Source: Nanobdellota archaeon (lineage in GTDB: Archaea; Nanobdellota; Nanobdellia; Parvarchaeales; Parvarchaeaceae). From it: a stretch of 64,000 nt of DNA. The stretch covers positions 2,014-66,013 of the forward strand of contig JAKAPM010000003.1 in the NCBI GenBank assembly GCA_021807085.1, given 5' to 3'. How positions within the stretch are numbered: position 1 is the stretch's first letter; every line of letters begins with the position of its first letter. Shown in pieces: positions 9,814 through 18,422 of the stretch. Below the pieces are notes generated by a model that was given only the letters and a program-made list of their open reading frames with translations, was not told the DNA's origin and searched no databases. A program made the translations under genes and the position numbers.

Positions 9814-10173
9814 TCAGTCCTTGCTGTAATCTCTTCTAGAGGCCGTCAGGTACCTGATAAGCAAAACAGCGAACACAAGACCTATCGAAACTCCGATAAA
9901 CGGCTGTAAGCCAAGAATTCTAGCGTTCTCGCCCCAAAGAAACAACAGGACAAAGAGCGCTTCTATAACGACAAAGATTATAGCGTATTGATAATACTGG
10001 AAACCAACGATTCTAGACGCAGTTAGTGACCTCTCAGCGCTCTCTATCGGTGCTCTGCCCATTCCTGCTGCCTTGGTTCTGGGGGATATGATGTGTTCGA
10101 TAGTTATCAGCAATATCCACGCGATAACGCTGCCTATTATCAGCAGCCCTGCGGCAACAAAATCACTCGCCAT
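9814..10173 (-). CDS. nuoA: NADH-quinone oxidoreductase subunit A
   Basis: 119 aa, three TM helices; first gene of the nuo operon, immediately upstream of nuoB. Confidence 0.7.
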   Translation of the reverse strand: MASDFVAAGLLIIGSVIAWILLITIEHIISPRTKAAGMGRAPIESAERSLTASRIVGFQYYQYAIIFVVIEALFVLLFLWGENARILGLQPFIGVSIGLVFAVLLIRYLTASRRDYSKD

Positions 10174-10294
10174 TTAATGATATCATAACCGTCAAATAAA
10201 TGTCTTTTTTCCAAGGTGCCGATAAAAGCGCCAATGCCGAGACGCTGGACGTTCTCCGCTCTTATTTAAATGTTGTAGCATCATAGTAATTATC

Positions 10295-11368
10295 ATGAAA
10301 AGTGCGCACTTGTTTTTGATCGCGCTGGCGGTCGCCGCACTGCTGGTTAGCGGTGTTAGCGAGGCTAACGCGTCTTCAGTATCCGCCTCTTTTTCTGTGC
10401 TGAATACTACAGTAGGGATAAACGGCAACGTTTTCTTCAATGTATCAGCAACTTTCCCAAACCAGACTAACTATTCTATTTATCTGAACAGCACCAAAAT
10501 CTACTCTAGTTCGTTTCAGGCTGGATATAACGGTTACAAAATTGTGGCGTACAACGTATCCAACAGATATTACGGTCTCTACCAACCTTCCGTAAGATTC
10601 AGCATCATGAACGCACCTTTGGATTCAAACACTTCACTTTATGTAAAGCCGACTTCTGGGTTCGGTTTTGTCGACTATACCAACATCACGGAAGAGGTAA
10701 ACAATACCGCGTCCATAATGATAAAAATACTGAATTCCGGCAATACACCGCTGAATTTCAGCTGGTTTCTACCTGTTATAAAAGGCATATCAATCAGCCT
10801 GAACTTTAACCAGAGCTTCAGACTGTTTCCAGGGGGAATATACTCCATCCCGATACATTTCGGCCTCTCGAACAGTTACCAGAGCAACATAAGTTTCCAG
10901 TTCAGCGCAAAGTTCATGGACGTGATGATGACGAAAAATTACACAACCTCCATAATCAAGCCGGTGGTGAATTTCACACTAGAGTCTCTCAAGACCGCTA
11001 AACTGAACAGCACGACACAGCTGTGGTACGCAAACATCTTAAATTTCAACAATGTGCCAATAAACGCGACACTAGAATTCTTGCTCAGTTACAACAACAG
11101 CAGGTTTTATTATAATAAGTCCTATCTTATAACCCCCTCTACCAAGAACATCTCAGTTTTGCTGCCGGAGAGCAAAATCTTGTCTGTAACCTTGTTTTAT
11201 CCTTCATCATCTCTCGCAACGGAGAGCCAGGAGCTATTTTCCGCACCTCAACCAACTGCGAGTATACTGAGTGGACTGTCCGGCGGCCTGGGCTACATAG
11301 TGCTTACAGTCTTGATAATAGTAGTATTTGTGGTCATACACTTAAGGGTGAACAGGAGGAAGAGATAG
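10295..11368 (+). CDS. Secreted/surface glycoprotein (signal peptide, numerous N-x-S/T sequons, C-terminal TM anchor)
   Basis: 357 aa. N-terminal hydrophobic signal (LFLIALAVAALLVSG), more than 25 NxS/T sequons, C-terminal TM (YIVLTVLIIVVFVVI) followed by a basic tail. No recognised catalytic motif. Confidence 0.5.
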   Translation: MKSAHLFLIALAVAALLVSGVSEANASSVSASFSVLNTTVGINGNVFFNVSATFPNQTNYSIYLNSTKIYSSSFQAGYNGYKIVAYNVSNRYYGLYQPSVRFSIMNAPLDSNTSLYVKPTSGFGFVDYTNITEEVNNTASIMIKILNSGNTPLNFSWFLPVIKGISISLNFNQSFRLFPGGIYSIPIHFGLSNSYQSNISFQFSAKFMDVMMTKNYTTSIIKPVVNFTLESLKTAKLNSTTQLWYANILNFNNVPINATLEFLLSYNNSRFYYNKSYLITPSTKNISVLLPESKILSVTLFYPSSSLATESQELFSAPQPTASILSGLSGGLGYIVLTVLIIVVFVVIHLRVNRRKR

Positions 11369-11369
11369 C

Positions 11370-12056
11370 ATGAAACTACCACTGCAGCAGTTGAAAAGCG
11401 GACGCTGGATATTCGAGATATACGTGGTCGCGGCGACAATTATGCTGTTTCTGTTCGCGTTTTTGTACTTAGGGCTGCCCGTAACGGTAGTAGATGTGCT
11501 CGCCTTCGCTGCGGTCGGATTTGCATTTATATTTTTCAAAAAACTAGTGGCACTTCTATTCAATGTGCATGTAAGCGGAAATATATGGATAGCCGGCATA
11601 ATCTTTTCCGTTGTGGCGACGCTGATAGCGTCTAGTTTCGGCATGCCGATAATAATACCTTTGTTCAACTTCAACAAGTACAGCAGAAGGAAAACACTCA
11701 CAGGGCTTAAAAGGGGGGAGATAAACGCACACGAAAAATGGAAGGTAGCTGTGTTCTCCACGCTGGCGCTTTCATTCATCGCCATGCTTACTCTACTTGC
11801 ATGGGGAAGGTACGGTGGAATCACCTTTTTCGCAGCCGGAATCGCCATTGCGATGTTCGTTTTGGTGGATTTTCTTCCCTTCGAAAAATTCGACGGTACT
11901 ACGCTGATTTACCACAACAATTTGGTTTATTATATTACATTTATGCTGTTAATCCTGTTCACAGCCACCGGTTTGATATCATACAGTTGGGTACTTCCGG
12001 TTTTCATAGCTCTCCTGGTTTTCAACATCGCTACGTATATAATGAACCTCTGGTAG
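11370..12056 (+). CDS. Polytopic integral membrane protein, function unknown
   Basis: 228 aa, about 6 predicted TM helices; start 2 nt after the glycoprotein stop, so probably co-transcribed. Confidence 0.4.
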   Translation: MKLPLQQLKSGRWIFEIYVVAATIMLFLFAFLYLGLPVTVVDVLAFAAVGFAFIFFKKLVALLFNVHVSGNIWIAGIIFSVVATLIASSFGMPIIIPLFNFNKYSRRKTLTGLKRGEINAHEKWKVAVFSTLALSFIAMLTLLAWGRYGGITFFAAGIAIAMFVLVDFLPFEKFDGTTLIYHNNLVYYITFMLLILFTATGLISYSWVLPVFIALLVFNIATYIMNLW

Positions 12057-12108
12057 CAGCAAAGCCCCAAAAAAAGCTTTTTATAGTGGACCATTTCATA
12101 GGAACCAT

Positions 12109-13467
12109 ATGAATGAGTCTGCGATATTTAGAGCCTACGACATAAGAGGGGTTTACGGCCAGGAACTGGATGAGGAGGCAGCACTTCTAGTTGGAAAGGC
12201 GGTTGGCACGTACGCAGGTGACGGTAAGTATGTCGCCGTCGGGAGGGATGTGCGCCTCAGCAGTGATTCCCTGCACGAAAAAGTGGTTGAAGGTATAATC
12301 TCTACTGGCTGCAATGTGGTAGATTTTGGCATAATACCCACCCCTCTTCTCTATTTCGGGGTGAACCATGAGAATCTATCTGGTGGTATAATGATAACTG
12401 CTTCGCACCTACCACCAGAATGGAACGGCTTTAAGATAGTCAAGGAAAAGGGCTTCATACTGTCCGATGGCACAGGATTGGAGAATATACACAACATATT
12501 CACAAAAAGGGCCTTCGCGACAGCCACCACCTCCGGCAAGGTCGCCGACATGTCAATATTGGACAAATACAAAAGATTTTGCGTGGAAAATATACCTCCC
12601 GGCAAGAGGCTGAGCGTTGTGCTCGACTATGCCAACAGCGTAACTTCCCTCGTGGCTGGGGACATAATAAGGAAACTCGGATTCGATGTTCACGAGATAA
12701 ACAAGGAACTGGATGGAACATTCCCCAACAGAGCATCCGAACCGAGCGAAGAGTCACTCCAGGGCCTAAAAAAAGAGGTTTTGGAGAGGAAGGCCGATAT
12801 AGGGATAGGCTATGATGGCGACGGTGATAGAGTGGCTTTCGTGGACGAAAGAGGGAGGATATTTGCTTCAGGCGATGTAACGATACCAATTCTTACCAAA
12901 CATTTGATGGGCAGAAAGGGGCCGGGAAAGGTCGTGCTTGATGTCACGTGCTCTCTGGCCATGGCTGACTACTTAAAAAATCTAGGGGCGGAACCGATAG
13001 TCGTCAGGACGGGGCACGGGTACTGCGTCCAGGCCGTGCTGGAGAACAATGCCCTGATAGGGGGGCAGTTCAGCGGGCATATAGCCCTGCCGGATGCCAA
13101 CTGCGCGGATGATGCCATATACGCCAGCCTCATCCTGCTGGATGCGCTAGTATCGAGTAGTGCGAAACTGTCCGAGCTAGTGGATTCTGTACCAAGCTAT
13201 AGCACTACTAAAATGGAACTGGTCGAGTGTCCAGATTCAGAGAAATTTGGAGTAATGGAGAAAGTGAGGGGTCTGGCCCGAAAATTGGATTATGATAAAC
13301 TAGAAATAGATGGAGTGAAGCTCATCGGCGATGATGGGGGGGTCCTGATAAGGGCTTCCAATACATCTCCTTTTATCCGCATAAGCGCAGAAGGCAAAAC
13401 AAAAGAAAAAGCAGAGGAATTTCACAGAACTGGGAAGACTCTGCTCGTAGAGGCGATGGGCGCATGA
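12109..13467 (+). CDS. Phosphomannomutase/phosphoglucomutase-family phosphohexomutase (candidate phospho-sugar or phospho-acetylglucosamine mutase)
   Basis: 452 aa. Active-site TASHLPPEWNG (phosphoserine loop) and GYDGDGDRVAF metal loop. Divergent in sequence from the second mutase at 991..2277. Confidence 0.8.
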   Translation: MNESAIFRAYDIRGVYGQELDEEAALLVGKAVGTYAGDGKYVAVGRDVRLSSDSLHEKVVEGIISTGCNVVDFGIIPTPLLYFGVNHENLSGGIMITASHLPPEWNGFKIVKEKGFILSDGTGLENIHNIFTKRAFATATTSGKVADMSILDKYKRFCVENIPPGKRLSVVLDYANSVTSLVAGDIIRKLGFDVHEINKELDGTFPNRASEPSEESLQGLKKEVLERKADIGIGYDGDGDRVAFVDERGRIFASGDVTIPILTKHLMGRKGPGKVVLDVTCSLAMADYLKNLGAEPIVVRTGHGYCVQAVLENNALIGGQFSGHIALPDANCADDAIYASLILLDALVSSSAKLSELVDSVPSYSTTKMELVECPDSEKFGVMEKVRGLARKLDYDKLEIDGVKLIGDDGGVLIRASNTSPFIRISAEGKTKEKAEEFHRTGKTLLVEAMGA

Positions 13468-14624
13468 TAAAACAGGCAGTTATACTGGCTGCGGGAAGGG
13501 GTAACAGGATGAAAAAAGGCTCTATCGACCCCACTATCCTCAACACCCCCAAGCCGCTGCTGAGGGTCAACGGAACGCCGATGATAGAAACCATAGCCGA
13601 CAAGCTGGTTTCGCACGGGATGGAAGTCATCGTGGTGGTCCACCCTGAGGATAAGAAGAAGTTCGAAGATGCCCTTTCCAAATATGTTGGGAATATAACC
13701 TATTGCCTCCAGGAAGACAGACTCGGCACCGCTTCGGCGCTGTACGCTGCGAAGGATGCAGTAAAGGACGATCTTTTCCTGGTTTTCATGGGCGACGACA
13801 TCACCAAATATGACATAGATAATATAAGAAAGACCACTCGTCCGTCTGTATTCGGCTATAGAGTCGATGACGTTAGCGGCTACGGGGCTCTCTTGTTAGA
13901 CGGAGACGAGGTTCTTGACATACTCGAGAAGAAACTCAACGGGCCAGGAGTAGCCAACACTGGCGTGTACGTCATGCCCCACGCTTTTTTTGACATCTAC
14001 AGCAGTATACCTAAAGATGAGAGGAGCGGGGAATATTTCCTGACGCATGCTGTAAGGCTGCTGAGAGACGCAAACACGAAATTTTATCTGAGAAACATAG
14101 ACTTCTGGTTTGGTGTAAACACACCAGAACAGCTGGCGGCTGCAAATGCAACATTCAACTTGGCTTCTAGGAATGGGCTGTCGGACAACGAGCAGCTGAG
14201 GCTTATAACAAGGGATGACCTAAAGGAGGTCCTTAATGTTTTGTACCAGCTCAGTCCGCCAGGTGGAAAAGACGACGCTATGTCACCAGAAATTCTGTCT
14301 TCCGTGCTTGGCGAGATAATCGCAGATAAAAACCACCATATGGCTGTTTATGAGGATAACAGTAGAGTAGTCGGCACTGCCACTCTTCTTGTGCAGAGAA
14401 ATCTATCGCATGGGGGAAAGCCTTACGGGCACATAGAGAATGTTGTGGTGGACAATAGTTACAGGGGTAAAGGAGTCGGTTTGAAGCTTCTCAAATACCT
14501 CATAAACATTGCAAGGGAAGAGGGCTGCTACAAGCTCGTGCTGAACTGCAACGACAGCAACATTCCTTTCTACGAGAAGATAGGTTTCAGGGTGCACGAA
14601 AGAGAGATGCGTCTCGATTTGTAA
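13464..14624 (+). CDS. Bifunctional fusion: N-terminal GlmU/RmlA-like sugar-1-phosphate nucleotidyltransferase plus C-terminal GNA1-type (glucosamine-6-phosphate N-acetyltransferase-like) GNAT domain
   Basis: 386 aa. N-terminus AVILAAGRGNRM matches the nucleotidyltransferase G-x-G-x-R loop of GlmU/RmlA. C-terminal ~160 aa aligns collinearly with eukaryotic GNA1 as I recall it: ...LITRDDLKEVLNVLYQLS...SPE...VVGTATLLVQ...HIENVVVDNSYRGKGVGLKLL...CYKLVLNC...FYEKIGFRV. Overlaps the upstream mutase by 4 nt. Confidence 0.75.
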   Translation: MIKQAVILAAGRGNRMKKGSIDPTILNTPKPLLRVNGTPMIETIADKLVSHGMEVIVVVHPEDKKKFEDALSKYVGNITYCLQEDRLGTASALYAAKDAVKDDLFLVFMGDDITKYDIDNIRKTTRPSVFGYRVDDVSGYGALLLDGDEVLDILEKKLNGPGVANTGVYVMPHAFFDIYSSIPKDERSGEYFLTHAVRLLRDANTKFYLRNIDFWFGVNTPEQLAAANATFNLASRNGLSDNEQLRLITRDDLKEVLNVLYQLSPPGGKDDAMSPEILSSVLGEIIADKNHHMAVYEDNSRVVGTATLLVQRNLSHGGKPYGHIENVVVDNSYRGKGVGLKLLKYLINIAREEGCYKLVLNCNDSNIPFYEKIGFRVHEREMRLDL

Positions 14625-14707
14625 GTTTCCGTAAATATTTTCGCTTACAGGCTTCCTGTGATAACAGTGTTATAATATATTTAAATGATCGCATATAACT
14701 AATATTC

Positions 14708-15064
14708 ATGTCTGAACTGTTTTGTGCGAAGGTTATAACCGAATTGATGCCATCGGTAAGATCGTTTGTTTCCAACAAGCTAATCCAAAGCGGTCTGAGC
14801 CAAGAAAAGACCTCTTCGCTACTAGGCGTGACTCAACCAGCCATCTCACAATACAAGAAAAAAGTGAGGGGTGCGCTATACAAACAGATGGAGGCTAACG
14901 ACAAATTCTCTAGCTACCTCTGCAAGATATCAGACGACATTCTTTCCCACAACACCGATATCAACGCAAAGACATGCGAGATATGCAGAAAGGCCAAAGC
15001 GTCCGGCCTGTTTGAAAACGGAAAATCATCGAACTATCTGTGTCTGTCGGAAATAGGTAGTTGA
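14708..15064 (+). CDS. Small HTH transcriptional regulator with C-terminal Cys cluster (candidate Fe-S/metal-sensing regulator of suf)
   Basis: 118 aa. HTH GLSQEKTSSLLGVTQPAISQY. C-terminal cysteines in YLCKIS, KTCEICRK and YLCLSE (4 Cys). Ends 12 nt before sufC on the same strand. Confidence 0.5.
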   Translation: MSELFCAKVITELMPSVRSFVSNKLIQSGLSQEKTSSLLGVTQPAISQYKKKVRGALYKQMEANDKFSSYLCKISDDILSHNTDINAKTCEICRKAKASGLFENGKSSNYLCLSEIGS

Positions 15065-15076
15065 AGTCCATTCGAT

Positions 15077-15814
15077 ATGGCAGAGTTAAAAATCTTGGAT
15101 TTAGACGTCAATATATCGGACACAAAGAAGATAATAAAGGGGTTGAACCTGTCCGTAAAAGGGGGAGAACTACACGTTCTGATGGGCCCAAATGGTAGTG
15201 GAAAGAGCACGCTGGCGAACGCAATATTCGGTAATCCAAAATACATCGTGAAAGCTGGCAAGATAGAGCTGGACGGTGAGAATCTTCTGTCATTGAAGGT
15301 GGATGAGAGGGCCAGAAAGGGGCTGTTTCTGGCGTTTCAGGAGCCCGTAGAGGTACCGGGCGTCAATGTAATGAACTTTTTGAGGATAGCTTTCGGGCAG
15401 CTCAAACCTGGCGACCCGCAGATAACTGACTTTAGGCAGACTGTCGTCGCCTACTTGAAAAGATTTGGTCTAGCAGAACATTTTCTAAAAAGAGCCCTCA
15501 ACGAAGGTTTTTCTGGCGGGGAAAAGAAGCGCTTTGAGCTTCTACAGGCTATCCTCTTCTCCCCCAAGATAGCAGTGCTTGATGAATTGGATTCTGGGCT
15601 GGACATGGACAGTGTAAAAACTATGGCGGAAGCTGTTAGAGAGCAACTCGCCAAAGGCACTGGAATACTCATGATAACTCACAGCGAGAAAATGTTCGAA
15701 TACCTGAAACCAGATTTCATACATATTATGGTTGACGGAAAGATAGTCAGAAGCGGCGGCTCAGAAATAGCCAGTGAGCTGCACAGCAAGGGGTACGCTG
15801 GCCTGGGTGGATGA
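15077..15814 (+). CDS. sufC: Fe-S cluster assembly ATPase SufC
   Basis: 245 aa ABC ATPase. Walker A GPNGSGKST, ABC signature FSGGEKKR, Walker B IAVLDELDSGLD, H-loop ITH. Confidence 0.9.
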   Translation: MAELKILDLDVNISDTKKIIKGLNLSVKGGELHVLMGPNGSGKSTLANAIFGNPKYIVKAGKIELDGENLLSLKVDERARKGLFLAFQEPVEVPGVNVMNFLRIAFGQLKPGDPQITDFRQTVVAYLKRFGLAEHFLKRALNEGFSGGEKKRFELLQAILFSPKIAVLDELDSGLDMDSVKTMAEAVREQLAKGTGILMITHSEKMFEYLKPDFIHIMVDGKIVRSGGSEIASELHSKGYAGLGG

Positions 15815-17208
15815 TTATGGAAAAGCTAGCTTTCGACTACAGTGGATATAATTTCCGCAACGGCACCGACTACGAGCTGAAATTTCCGAAAGGGCTGACT
15901 AAGGAAGTGGTGGAGAGGATTTCGAAGCTCAAGAACGAGCCGGATTGGATGCTAGAGTTCAGGCTGAACGCTTATAAATTCTTCCTCAACAGACCGATCC
16001 CTACATGGGGCGGAGACTTGAGTGAGATAGATTTTGATAGTATACATTATTTCATGAGGGCGACCAAGAGTATGGCTACAAAGTGGGATGAGCTTCCAGC
16101 CGACATAAGAGCCACTTACGACAAACTCGGCATACCGGAAGCGGAGAAAAAGGCGCTTTCAGGCGTTGAAGTAATGTATGAGAGTGAGAGCATATACAGC
16201 AGCATAAAAAAGGAGCTGGAGAACATCGGCGTCATATTTTGTGACACCGACACCGCCGTTAGGAAATATCCCGAACTCGTGAAGAAATACATAGGGCATG
16301 TAGTATCGTCGAACGATAACAAGTTCGCCGCGCTGAACTCCGCGGTGTGGAGTGGTGGCAGCTTCATATACGTGCCTAAGGGAGTAAGAGTGCCGATGCC
16401 ACTGCAGGCATACTTTAGGATAAACGCAGAGAGTATGGGCCAGTTCGAGAGAACTTTGATAATAGTGGATGAGGGTGCGGATGTGACGTACATAGAAGGG
16501 TGCAGTGCGCCGGTTTACTCGAATAATTCCCTCCACGCTGCCGTCGTTGAGATAATAGCCCATAGGAATTCTCATGTCAAATATATAACTATACAGAACT
16601 GGTCAGATAACATCTATAATCTTGTTACCAAAAGAGCATTCGCGCACGAGAATGCATTTGTAGAATGGGTGGACGCAAATATAGGTTCACGGCTGACTGA
16701 AAAATACCCGTCGGTCTACATGCTGGAGGAGGGCGCCAAAGCGAACATCATCTCGATAGCCTTCGCGAACAAGGGCCAGCATCAGGACGCCGGCGCGAAA
16801 GCTGTGCATCTGGCGTCCAATACCAGCTCCACCATACGTTCAAAGTCGATATGTGTCAATGGAGGCAGGACAAGCTATCGTGGACTGGTGAAAGTTATTA
16901 GGGGCGCGGAAGACGTAAAATCTAGCACAAGATGTGACGCCCTGATACTCGATGAAATTTCGAGAAGCGACACTTATCCATATATGGAGGTAGATGAACC
17001 TTCCGCCACCATAACGCATGAAGCGACAGTCGGCAAAATAGGGGACGAACAGCTCTTCTATATGCAGTCCAGGGGGCTCTCAGAACAGGATGCTGTAAAC
17101 ACAATAGTGCTAGGTTTCATGGCCGACTTCATAAACGAGTTGCCGTTGGAATTTGCCATAGAATTTAATCGTTTGATAAAAATAAGTATGGAAGGGGCGG
17201 TGGGATAG
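15811..17208 (+). CDS. sufB: Fe-S cluster assembly scaffold SufB
   Basis: 465 aa. SufB/SufD beta-helix core with a conserved Cys (EGCSAP) and a C-terminal motif; overlaps sufC by 4 nt. Confidence 0.9.
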   Translation: MIMEKLAFDYSGYNFRNGTDYELKFPKGLTKEVVERISKLKNEPDWMLEFRLNAYKFFLNRPIPTWGGDLSEIDFDSIHYFMRATKSMATKWDELPADIRATYDKLGIPEAEKKALSGVEVMYESESIYSSIKKELENIGVIFCDTDTAVRKYPELVKKYIGHVVSSNDNKFAALNSAVWSGGSFIYVPKGVRVPMPLQAYFRINAESMGQFERTLIIVDEGADVTYIEGCSAPVYSNNSLHAAVVEIIAHRNSHVKYITIQNWSDNIYNLVTKRAFAHENAFVEWVDANIGSRLTEKYPSVYMLEEGAKANIISIAFANKGQHQDAGAKAVHLASNTSSTIRSKSICVNGGRTSYRGLVKVIRGAEDVKSSTRCDALILDEISRSDTYPYMEVDEPSATITHEATVGKIGDEQLFYMQSRGLSEQDAVNTIVLGFMADFINELPLEFAIEFNRLIKISMEGAVG

Positions 17209-18399
17209 ATGTCCCGCGACGATTTTCTTGTAAAATTTTCAAAGGACAAAGGGGAGCCCGATTGGCTGCTTAATTACCGAAAGAAAGCGCTTTCTGAATC
17301 ATCTCGGCTAGCGTTCGAACCAGATTCTAAATTTTCAAAATACAACGACAGGGAGAGATACTTGACGTTATCTGAAAGTGAACTGGAGATAGCGTACACC
17401 AAGCCTGAAGAGAATAGAACATCGTCGATTCACAGCAACGCCTCTGGGATTCTTGTGGAAGAAATCAGTTCTGCGCTAAAGAATGACAAGCGGCTTCGCG
17501 ATGCCGTCGAACACGAAGTAAATTATGACTCTGTGGGGGCGGCTATAAACTCTTCGTTTAGCTCTGGACTCTTCATACGCGTGCCGGATTCGTATTCCGC
17601 TCAGGTTCCGCTGCAGATATCAACCTCTGTTTTCATGGGACTCAACATAAACAAGAGTGCAATTATAGTGGGTAAAAACAGTCACGTCAAAATCGTGTGC
17701 GAACTTGTATCTGCGGACGCGTCGCCTTCCAAGTTTATGCAGAACCTTTCCGTGCGCATCGGTCAAGACTCGTCGTTGCAGCTCTACTCTATACAAGCTA
17801 CAAACCCTTACACTATAGTTTCTGTCTGGCGTGATGTATATTCGGAGGGCAAGTTTGGCTTCGTATCGTTGGATTCGGGGGGGAATAGCATAAGGTCCAG
17901 GCTGAAATTAGACCTGGAGCACGGTGGGGCAGAAGGCGACGTTTACGAGGCGTTTGTAGGGAGGAGTGATATGTACTTTGACGTGTTCAACAAGATTGAC
18001 CACACAAAGGGAAACACAATCAGTAGAACAAATTCCAGGGCGATACTGGACGACAGTTCGAAAGCAGTTTTCAAAGGTTCCGTACACCAGGAGAAAGAAG
18101 CAATAGCATCTCATACAACCCTATCTGAACACTCCCTCCTTCTGAGCAGTGGCGCAAGGAGCGTATCCATACCGGGTCTGGAAATAGAGACGAATGAGGT
18201 CAGCGCATCGCATTCTGCGTCTTCCCATACCATAAGTAAAGAAGATAAGTTCTACTTGATGTCCAGGGGAATAGAGGAAAAGGGCGCAGCCAACATGATA
18301 GCAGTAGGTTTCCTGGATCCAGTTCTGTCGAAGTTTTACAGCGGCCTGTCTGACTATTACGGTAACATCGAAGAAAGATTGAAAAATATAGTAATTTAA
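17209..18399 (+). CDS. sufD: Fe-S cluster assembly protein SufD
   Basis: 396 aa SufB/D-family paralog directly after sufB (start 1 nt after the sufB stop). Confidence 0.8.
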   Translation: MSRDDFLVKFSKDKGEPDWLLNYRKKALSESSRLAFEPDSKFSKYNDRERYLTLSESELEIAYTKPEENRTSSIHSNASGILVEEISSALKNDKRLRDAVEHEVNYDSVGAAINSSFSSGLFIRVPDSYSAQVPLQISTSVFMGLNINKSAIIVGKNSHVKIVCELVSADASPSKFMQNLSVRIGQDSSLQLYSIQATNPYTIVSVWRDVYSEGKFGFVSLDSGGNSIRSRLKLDLEHGGAEGDVYEAFVGRSDMYFDVFNKIDHTKGNTISRTNSRAILDDSSKAVFKGSVHQEKEAIASHTTLSEHSLLLSSGARSVSIPGLEIETNEVSASHSASSHTISKEDKFYLMSRGIEEKGAANMIAVGFLDPVLSKFYSGLSDYYGNIEERLKNIVI

Positions 18400-18422
18400 G
18401 TCGGCAGCGCAGAGATTTAAGG

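Noticed and set aside
10192-10440. 82-aa minus-strand ORF spanning the nuoA/glycoprotein intergenic region
   Set aside because: It overlaps the signal-peptide-encoding start of the well-supported plus-strand glycoprotein gene and the divergent promoter region; no conserved features.
11370-12056. Membrane protein considered as a prepilin peptidase (PibD/FlaK) or site-2 protease because of an FDG/LDG-like motif (PFEKFDGTTL)
   Set aside because: It lacks the two-Asp A24 motifs (no GxGD) and lacks HExxH, so there is no support for either family. Left as a hypothetical membrane protein.
991-13467. Two phosphohexomutase genes (991..2277 and 12109..13467) considered as a possible assembly duplication or repeat
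   Set aside because: The proteins share only the family motifs (TASH(N/L)P, DGDGDR) and are otherwise divergent, so they are genuine paralogues rather than a repeated sequence.
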